Assembly: GCF_000179635.2 (NCBI RefSeq)
Contig: NC_014833.1
Location: 3,270,001 to 3,302,000, forward strand
Source of the DNA: Ruminococcus albus 7 = DSM 20455
GTDB lineage: Bacteria; Bacillota; Clostridia; Oscillospirales; Ruminococcaceae
Reading direction: 5' to 3'
DNA length: 32,000 nt
Shown here: in pieces, positions 21,778 through 28,202 of the stretch
Position numbering within the stretch: the stretch's first letter is position 1
Layout of the letters: each line of letters begins with the position of its first letter
Translations under genes and position numbers: made by a program
The notes under the pieces: model-generated
The model's input: the letters and a program-made list of their open reading frames with translations, nothing else
Database searches by the model: none
Told to the model about the DNA's origin: nothing

Positions 21778-23499
21778 ATGAGCAAAGAAACTGAACTCTA
21801 CAAGCTCTGGTGTGAGAAAGCTGTGGACGATCCCGATCTTCAGACTGAACTGAAAAGCATTGAGGGCGATGATGAAGCTGTCCTCGACCGTTTTTACAGA
21901 GATCTCGAATTCGGCACAGGCGGTCTGCGTGGCGTTATCGGTGCAGGCGCATACAGACTGAACATCTATACCATAAGACGTGCTACACAGGGCCTTGCTG
22001 ACTATGTGAACGCTACTTTCAAGAATGCAAAGGTAGCTATATCCTACGATTCAAGAATAAAGTCAGATGTATTCGCAAAGGCTACCGCAGCTGTTATGGC
22101 AGCTAACGGCATCAAGGCATACATCTACAAGGAGCTTATGCCTACTCCCTGCCTTTCATGGGCAGTACGTGAACTGGGCTGTCAGGCAGGCGTTATGGTA
22201 ACTGCTTCACACAACCCCGCTAAGTACAACGGCTACAAGGTATACGGTGAGGACGGCTGTCAGTTGACTATCGATGCTGCAAACGTTGTTACCGAGAAAA
22301 TCGAGGCTGTTGATATGTTCGGCGGCGCTAAGTATATCGACTTTGAAGAGGGTCTGAAAAGCGGCATGATCGAGTACATCGGTCAGGACGTTATCGACAA
22401 GTACCTTGACAAGGTGGCTGAGCAGGGCATACATACCGATCTCGTTGCAGACAGCGGTCTGAAGGTGGTATATACACCTCTCAACGGCACAGGCAACAAG
22501 CCCGTTAGAGCTATACTGAAGAAAATAGGCATCAAGGAAGTTACAGTAGTTCCCGAGCAGGAGAACCCCGACGGAAACTTCCCCACCTGTCCTTTCCCGA
22601 ACCCCGAGATCAAAGAGGCACTGGCTAAGGGTCTTGAACTCTGCAAGAGCGTAAAGCCCGACCTGCTGCTTGCTACCGATCCCGACTGTGACCGTGTAGG
22701 TATTGCAGTACCCGCTCCCGACGGCAGCTATGTACTGTTCTCCGGAAATGAAGTAGGCGCTATGCTGCTGAAATACGTTTGCCAGGAAAGAACAGCCCTG
22801 GGTACCATGCCCAAGGATCCTGTTGCTGTAAAGACTATCGTTACTACAGATATCTGCAGGAAGATAGCTGATGAGTACGGTGTTGAGCTGAGAAACGTTC
22901 TGACAGGCTTCAAGTTCATCGGTGAGCAGATAGGCTTCCTGGAGAAGGACGATCAGGCTGACAGATACATCTTCGGCTTTGAGGAGAGCTACGGTTACCT
23001 TGCAGGTTCCTATGTACGTGACAAGGACGCTGTTGTAGCTTCCATGCTGATCTGCGAAATGGCAGCATTCTACCGTACAAAGGGCATCACTCTGCTGCAG
23101 GCAAGAGAGGAGCTCTACAAGCAGTACGGCAACTATCTCCACAGCCAGGAATCCTTCCAGTGCGAGGGTGCAAGCGGCATGGAAAAGATGAAGGAGATCA
23201 TGGCAGATCTGAGGACAAACGGCCCCAAGGAGATCGGCGGACTGAAAGTAACAGTATTTGCAGACTACAAGACCTCCGAGCAGACCGACATCGCAACAGG
23301 CAAGAAGACCGTTCTTACTCTGCCCAAGTCCGATGTACTGGTATTCGAGCTTGAACAGGGTGCAAGCGTTGTCATAAGGCCCTCGGGCACCGAGCCTAAG
23401 ATCAAGGCTTACTACACCGCTATCGGTGATACAAGAGCTGACGCTGAAAAGACAGAGGCTGCACTGAAGGCAGACTTCAAGAAGATACTGGGCTTCTGA
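21778..23499 (+). CDS. pgcA: Phosphoglucomutase / alpha-D-phosphohexomutase (Firmicutes PgcA type)
   Basis: The product starts MSKETELYKLW... at the ATG at 21778, with GAGGTG 6 nt upstream. The active-site loop is TASHNPAKYNGYKVY, the metal-binding loop is ATDPDCDRVG, and the sugar-binding motif is GFEESYGY. Confidence 0.9.
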   Translation: MSKETELYKLWCEKAVDDPDLQTELKSIEGDDEAVLDRFYRDLEFGTGGLRGVIGAGAYRLNIYTIRRATQGLADYVNATFKNAKVAISYDSRIKSDVFAKATAAVMAANGIKAYIYKELMPTPCLSWAVRELGCQAGVMVTASHNPAKYNGYKVYGEDGCQLTIDAANVVTEKIEAVDMFGGAKYIDFEEGLKSGMIEYIGQDVIDKYLDKVAEQGIHTDLVADSGLKVVYTPLNGTGNKPVRAILKKIGIKEVTVVPEQENPDGNFPTCPFPNPEIKEALAKGLELCKSVKPDLLLATDPDCDRVGIAVPAPDGSYVLFSGNEVGAMLLKYVCQERTALGTMPKDPVAVKTIVTTDICRKIADEYGVELRNVLTGFKFIGEQIGFLEKDDQADRYIFGFEESYGYLAGSYVRDKDAVVASMLICEMAAFYRTKGITLLQAREELYKQYGNYLHSQESFQCEGASGMEKMKEIMADLRTNGPKEIGGLKVTVFADYKTSEQTDIATGKKTVLTLPKSDVLVFELEQGASVVIRPSGTEPKIKAYYTAIGDTRADAEKTEAALKADFKKILGF

Positions 23500-23510
23500 T
23501 AAACCATTCT

Positions 23511-23541
23511 ACCCGCAGGAACTTCCCTGCGGGTATTTTTA
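23511..23541 (+). terminator. Rho-independent terminator of pgcA
   Basis: ACCCGCAGG (23511-23519) pairs with CCTGCGGGT (23526-23534) and is followed by ATTTTTA. Confidence 0.85.
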
Positions 23542-23669
23542 TGCCATAAACAAACTGCGATAAGAATGCCAAAGAAGAGAGCTTTACGACAGTAGGCATA
23601 AAGAAGTTTTCAGACAAACATTGTAAGGCAGGTACAGCAAGCTAAAAAATAACCGAAAGGGTGCTTACA

Positions 23670-23900
23670 ATGATTGATATGATTTACAACCTCCGTGTGG
23701 GTGATATTCACGCTGCTGAGTTCTCGGACGAGTTTAACGCTCTTTGTATCCCGTTCGAGGAGTCGCTGACCGAAGCCCAGCTCACCACCTTCCACAAGCT
23801 CCTCGACTGCGTGAGCGATACTGCCGCCGCTGAGATGAGAGCTGCGTACAAGGTCGGTTTTAAGGACGGGGTGGCTTTAATGAACGAGATAAATTCATAA
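23670..23900 (+). CDS. Small hypothetical protein of 76 aa, of a type commonly seen on clostridial mobile elements and phages
   Basis: The product starts MIDMIYNLRVGDIHAAEF... at the ATG at 23670, with GAAAGGGTG upstream. Its tail KVGFKDGVALMNEI resembles small helical proteins that I recall from Clostridia mobile elements. I cannot name a family with confidence. Confidence 0.55.
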   Translation: MIDMIYNLRVGDIHAAEFSDEFNALCIPFEESLTEAQLTTFHKLLDCVSDTAAAEMRAAYKVGFKDGVALMNEINS

Positions 23901-23914
23901 CTATGTATTGCCTG

Positions 23915-23955
23915 AAAGGTCTTATCTCTAATTGATTAGGGGTAAGACCTTTTTG
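23915..23955 (+). terminator. Rho-independent terminator after the 76-aa ORF
   Basis: AAAGGTCTTA (23915-23924) pairs with TAAGACCTTT (23943-23952), and the T-run continues to 23955. Confidence 0.7.
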
Positions 23956-23977
23956 TCGTGATAATCAACATTCGGTA

Positions 23978-24006
23978 TTGACTCAAAGCCGCTAAAATGC
24001 TATAAT
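23978..24006 (+). promoter_or_regulatory. Sigma-A promoter of the methyltransferase-endonuclease-ORF237 operon
   Basis: The plus strand reads TTGACT (23978-23983), a 17-nt spacer, then TATAAT (24001-24006). This lies ~55 nt upstream of the ATG at 24063. Confidence 0.65.
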
Positions 24007-24062
24007 ATAATTAGATAGCTATACGCTGATTCGCCTATTATTGGCAAATAACGAGGTGTATT

Positions 24063-24914
24063 ATGAAACCAATTCTTAAATACAGAGGTGGAAAGTCAAA
24101 GGAGATCCCGAATTTCTCCAGCTTTATACCAAAAGACTTTGATACCTATTTTGAGCCTTTCCTCGGTGGAGGAGCTGTTTTCTTTCATCTTGCTCCCCAG
24201 AAGGCTGTTATTAATGATATAAATGAAAAGCTCATTCAGTTCTATCTTGAATTACAGACAAATCCTACCGCTGTAAGAGAACAGTTAGATAGACTGCAAG
24301 CGTTATATGAAGCCAATCAAGCTGAATATGAACAGCTTAAAGCATTAACACCTGATGAGCGAGTGGAAAATAAAAACGAGGCTTTGTACTACCTTATAAG
24401 AGATATGTACAATCATAAAATCCCCATTGAGTATCTTGAGTCAGTTATCTACTTCTTCATCAATAAAACAGCATACTCAGGCATGATAAGGTTTAACGCC
24501 CAAGGCGAGTACAATGTTCCTTTTGGAAGATACAAGAACTTCAACACACAGTTAATTACTCCTGAGCATTTTGCGCTTATCAAATCAGCACATATTATGT
24601 CAGGCGATTACTCTAAAGTGTTTGAAATGGCAACCGAGAAGGATTTTATGTTTTTAGATCCACCATACGACTGTATATTTAATGATTATGGTAATATTGA
24701 CTTCAAAAACGGCTTTGACGAAGAACAGCATCGTAGACTCGCTGCCGACTTCCGTAATCTGTCATGCAAAGCATTGATGATTATAGGAAAAACGGAACTT
24801 ACAGAAGAATTATACGGTGAGTTCGTTAAGGGCGAATATGAAAAGTCTTATGCGGTCAATATAAGGAACAGATTTAAGTCTGAATCTATGCATATAATAG
24901 TAACAAACTATTAA
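24063..24914 (+). CDS. Dam-family (D12 class, alpha-type) N6-adenine DNA methyltransferase
   Basis: The 283-aa product has the N-terminal KYRGGKSKEI motif and the SAM-binding motif FEPFLGGGAVFF. The catalytic motif FLDPPYD lies C-terminal to the SAM motif, which is the alpha permutation. GAGGTG lies upstream of the ATG. Confidence 0.85.
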   Translation: MKPILKYRGGKSKEIPNFSSFIPKDFDTYFEPFLGGGAVFFHLAPQKAVINDINEKLIQFYLELQTNPTAVREQLDRLQALYEANQAEYEQLKALTPDERVENKNEALYYLIRDMYNHKIPIEYLESVIYFFINKTAYSGMIRFNAQGEYNVPFGRYKNFNTQLITPEHFALIKSAHIMSGDYSKVFEMATEKDFMFLDPPYDCIFNDYGNIDFKNGFDEEQHRRLAADFRNLSCKALMIIGKTELTEELYGEFVKGEYEKSYAVNIRNRFKSESMHIIVTNY

Positions 24915-24927
24915 AGGAGATATAGTT

Positions 24928-26610
24928 ATGGCACGATTACAAGGTCGAACATTATTTTTCATTACTTCTCCTCGTTCTCCGTTCAAGATGATTCCTGAAA
25001 TTTCCTTGCTTGTAAAAGATTTTACTGGTAAGGAGTGGAATACAACTACTCAAGAGGAGTTTATAAAGGAATTAGTTCAAGATGAGCATTTTGAAGGAAC
25101 CGGCTCACCAAAGGATTTAGCTTTCAGCGCTCGTGATAGAATAAATAGAGGTCCGAAGGCATTAGGTTTTGTTGATTTAAAACCGTCCATACAATTAACA
25201 GATGCAGGAAAGAACTTCATTGATGAAGATTTGTGTGAAGAAGCACTGCTAAGGCAGCTCTTGAAATTCCAGTTACCGTCCCCGTATCATACCGAAACAA
25301 CGAACCCTGATGTAACCTTCTGCGTTAAGCCTTACCTTGAAATCTTAAGATTGGTTTATACACTTGAAAAAGTCACTTTTGATGAAATAATGATTTTTGG
25401 TATGCAGCTTACAAGTTATACCAAATTTGATGAAGTTGTACAGAAAATATTGAAATTCAGAAAAGCTAAGGAAAATAACAGAGGTAGTTACAAAAACTTT
25501 ATGGGAAAATATCGTGATGATGAGATATTTTCTATTTTTTCTGATGACATTCAGCAAGGCAATACCAAAACAAGAGAGTCAAAAGATGCTTCGGTAGCTA
25601 AATTTATAAAGACGAAAGCATCTAATCAGCGTGATTACACAGATGCTTGTTTTAGGTATCTAAGAGCAACTGGTCTTGTATCTATCTCTCAGAAAGGAAA
25701 ATCCCTCTATATTACGCCTGAAAAGAAAGCTGAGGTTGAATACTATCTGAATAATATTGATAGGAAACCCGTATTTATTGATTCTGAAAGAGAATATAAA
25801 GCATACCTGTTTGATAGCACAGTTCCAACTCTGTACACAGATGATAGAGATAACATAATACAAGAACTCAGTGTTATATCTCCAGGTATCAGTTACGCAG
25901 ATTGGGATATATTTGCACTCAAAAAGGAATTAAAGCATAAGCTGACCGAAAGAAAAGCTGGTATTATAAGCAAGCAGGTTAAGCGATTGAAAGACTATAA
26001 GGAGTATGCTGATGTCATTGGAACATTTGGCGATATTATGAATAAAGCCTACTATGACACTCCGCTTATGTTTGAATGGAATACTTGGCGAGCTATGACT
26101 ATGCTTGATGGCGGCAACATTGTTGCAAATCTCAAATTTGATGATAATGGTGATCCGCTTTCAACAGCTTCAGGCAATATGGCTGACATTGTTTGTGATT
26201 ACGGCAAATTCGCTCTTGCAGTTGAAGTTACAATGCAAAGCGGTCAAAAACAATACGAAATGGAAGGAGAACCTGTATCAAGGCATTTAGCTAAGCTCAA
26301 AAAGGAGACAGGAAAAGAAGCGTATTGTTTCTTCATTGCTCCTAAAATCAACGAATCCTGCATAGCTCACTTCTTTGTTCTTCACAAATTGAACTTGTCA
26401 TCTTATGGTGGAGAATCAGTCATCATTCCTTTGGAATTAGATGTTTTCACAAAAATGGTCGAACAATCTGGTAAGGCAACTTACGAGCCTTCTCCGGAAC
26501 AGGTGCATAAGTTCTGCAAGTATTCTATGGAAGTTGCTAAGAGTGTAAACAACGAGATGGAGTGGTATGAAAAGATCAGAAGCAAGGCTCTTGATTGGCT
26601 TGCAGCTTAA
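24928..26610 (+). CDS. AlwI-family Type IIS restriction endonuclease or nicking large subunit
   Basis: The 560-aa product starts 13 nt after the methyltransferase stop, with AAAGGAG upstream. Several blocks match what I recall of N.BstNBI/N.BspD6I/AlwI-family proteins. These are SPRSPFKMIPEISLL, AFSARDRINRGPKALGFV, LLRQLLKFQLPSPYH, RDYTDACFRYLRATGLV and FEWNTWRAM. The catalytic-region blocks are ADIVCDYGKFALAVEVTMQSGQKQYEMEGEPVSRHL and YCFFIAPKIN. The match is from memory and needs a search. Confidence 0.75.
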   Translation: MARLQGRTLFFITSPRSPFKMIPEISLLVKDFTGKEWNTTTQEEFIKELVQDEHFEGTGSPKDLAFSARDRINRGPKALGFVDLKPSIQLTDAGKNFIDEDLCEEALLRQLLKFQLPSPYHTETTNPDVTFCVKPYLEILRLVYTLEKVTFDEIMIFGMQLTSYTKFDEVVQKILKFRKAKENNRGSYKNFMGKYRDDEIFSIFSDDIQQGNTKTRESKDASVAKFIKTKASNQRDYTDACFRYLRATGLVSISQKGKSLYITPEKKAEVEYYLNNIDRKPVFIDSEREYKAYLFDSTVPTLYTDDRDNIIQELSVISPGISYADWDIFALKKELKHKLTERKAGIISKQVKRLKDYKEYADVIGTFGDIMNKAYYDTPLMFEWNTWRAMTMLDGGNIVANLKFDDNGDPLSTASGNMADIVCDYGKFALAVEVTMQSGQKQYEMEGEPVSRHLAKLKKETGKEAYCFFIAPKINESCIAHFFVLHKLNLSSYGGESVIIPLELDVFTKMVEQSGKATYEPSPEQVHKFCKYSMEVAKSVNNEMEWYEKIRSKALDWLAA

Positions 26611-26659
26611 ATGCGTATAATTGAATATACTCTATAACAATATAAGAGGATAATAATAA

Positions 26660-27373
26660 ATGAAAACAGTTTTTGTGAAATATGGAAAGGAAGAACATTT
26701 ACAGCAGATTGTTGATGGAAAGCTAAGATTTTCGCCTTCCCAAAACTATGTTAAAATGGAGGAACTTCTACATAACAAAGGACAAGGTGATTTGTTAGAA
26801 GGGAAAATGCCTTTACAAATCGAGGCTGCGCAGGTATACGATAAAGATACGAATGAATTAGTAGGGATTATGCCAAAACGCAGAATATTAATTAGCATTC
26901 AAGATGTTAATAATATGCCTGTATTTTGTCTTTCGTCGTATTCTATATCTGAGGACAATATGTTAAGTTTAGAGCATGAGCATTTAGATTCTATCAAAAG
27001 CGATTTCCCTGATGCAACTCACGCTTTAATCATTCAAAGTTCAGATACTTTCATAGAGGATGTAAAAAGTATTATTGGTCACAAGATAGTATCTGATCAT
27101 ATCAGATATTATGATTACTCTATTAATACAATGCAGATGTATATGTATTTAACAACTGGAGATGAAAAGATTGTACATAATAGCAGCATGACATATGATA
27201 ACCGTTATCGTCATTTGCTATGTAAAGACATTTCGTTTTCTAATCAAAAAGAGTATAGATTTATTATTACTGATGAATTAATTGAAAAACCTGCATTTTA
27301 TGATTTTCACTTTAATTCTCCGTACAAAATCCTCCCAATTGACGAATTATATAGAAACATAATTCTCGAATGA
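26660..27373 (+). CDS. Orphan 237-aa soluble protein, third gene of the R-M operon, function unknown
   Basis: The ATG lies 49 nt after the endonuclease stop, with AAGAGGA upstream. There is no intervening terminator, and the AT-rich composition matches the two upstream genes. No TM helix or signal peptide is visible. A PD-x15-DVK string (FPDATHALIIQSSDTFIEDVK) is present. The first terminator lies at 27492-27529. Confidence 0.7.
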   Translation: MKTVFVKYGKEEHLQQIVDGKLRFSPSQNYVKMEELLHNKGQGDLLEGKMPLQIEAAQVYDKDTNELVGIMPKRRILISIQDVNNMPVFCLSSYSISEDNMLSLEHEHLDSIKSDFPDATHALIIQSSDTFIEDVKSIIGHKIVSDHIRYYDYSINTMQMYMYLTTGDEKIVHNSSMTYDNRYRHLLCKDISFSNQKEYRFIITDELIEKPAFYDFHFNSPYKILPIDELYRNIILE

Positions 27374-27408
27374 CTTTATTCAATAAACCATAGCCTATTG
27401 GCACACAC

Positions 27409-27590
27409 GTTTTCCGTTCCGCATAAGTCGTTATCGGAATAATGGAGCGTTCCATAACAGACAGATACCCAAAAGGTACACACTAACCGTAAGCGTTCTC
27501 TCTGAGCTTTCAGAGAGGACGCTTTTTTCATCGGTTAGTTTTCCGCTCCGCAGCAGTGTACGGCTCTGAGGGGCTTTTCCGTTCGCCAGA
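27409..27590 (+). repeat. Three direct copies of a ~14-nt motif TTTTCCGYTC(C)GCA
   Basis: Copy 1 is GTTTTCCGTTCCGCATA at 27409-27425. Copy 2 is GTTTTCCGCTCCGCAGCA at 27538-27554. Copy 3 is CTTTTCCGTTCGCCAGA at 27574-27590. All are in the same orientation and lie between the ORF237 stop and the resolvase stop. Confidence 0.6.
27492..27529 (+). terminator. Rho-independent terminator of the R-M/ORF237 operon
   Basis: AGCGTTCTCTCTGA (27492-27505) pairs with TCAGAGAGGACGCT (27510-27523) with one G-U pair and is followed by TTTTTT (27524-29). An outer stem is possible between AACCG (27485-27489) and CGGTT (27532-27536). Confidence 0.8.
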
Positions 27591-27593
27591 CGG

Positions 27594-28187
27594 TCAAGCT
27601 GAGGTCGGCTCGGCAATGCCGTGAGTGGATTCATACTCCCTGACACGGCGGTAAAAGGTGTTTGCCGACATATCCATTCTCCACATAAAGTCCCTGCCTG
27701 TGATGTTCTTCGCTCTCCATTCCCCATAGAGCTGCCCGAACCTCGTCCAGTCGGTGGGGAGAGGTTTCCGTCCCGTGTACTTGCCCTGTGCCTTAGCGAT
27801 CTCGATGCCCTCACGCTGTCGCTGTTTGAGCTGTTCACGCTCCAACTGTGAGAGTGCTGCGAACACGGTAAGCATAAATTTGCCCGTAGGCGTGTCTGTG
27901 TCGATGTTCTCCTTATGGCTGACGAGGGTAACACCCTTGTCGGTGAGAGTGTCGATGATGTTCAGCAAATCTTTCGTGGAGCGTCCCAGACGGCTTATGC
28001 TCTCGATGTAGAGGGTATCTCCCTCACGCACATAGTCAAGCATAGCCCTGAGCTGAGGACGGTCGGTGTTCGCTCCTGACAGCTTCTCGGAGAAGATGCG
28101 GTCAACCTGATAGTCGCACATGATTTCCTGCTGACGGGCGGTTTCCTGTCTTTCTGTTGATACACGAATATATCCGATTTTGCTCAT
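27594..28187 (-). CDS. Small serine recombinase (resolvase/invertase family)
   Basis: The 197-aa product begins MSKIGYIRVSTERQ, which carries the catalytic Ser. It continues with DRIFSEKLSGANTDRPQLRAMLDYVREGDTLYIESISRLGRS and a C-terminal HTH region. The gene starts 15 nt after the relaxase stop. Confidence 0.9.
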   Translation of the reverse strand: MSKIGYIRVSTERQETARQQEIMCDYQVDRIFSEKLSGANTDRPQLRAMLDYVREGDTLYIESISRLGRSTKDLLNIIDTLTDKGVTLVSHKENIDTDTPTGKFMLTVFAALSQLEREQLKQRQREGIEIAKAQGKYTGRKPLPTDWTRFGQLYGEWRAKNITGRDFMWRMDMSANTFYRRVREYESTHGIAEPTSA

Positions 28188-28202
28188 AATTTTTTCCTTT
28201 CT

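Noticed and set aside
24063-27373. Possible avoidance of GATC/GGATC sites in the R-M cassette or the host DNA.
   Set aside because: GATC and GATCC are easy to find in both the cassette (for example ~24101, ~24655, ~26570, ~27095) and the core genes. I cannot compute the statistics by eye, so I make no depletion claim.
27431-27934. A 167-aa minus-strand ORF overlapping the small serine recombinase in another frame.
   Set aside because: The recombinase frame has unmistakable catalytic and HTH motifs. The overlapping frame is rich in Ser, Arg and Leu with no start context.
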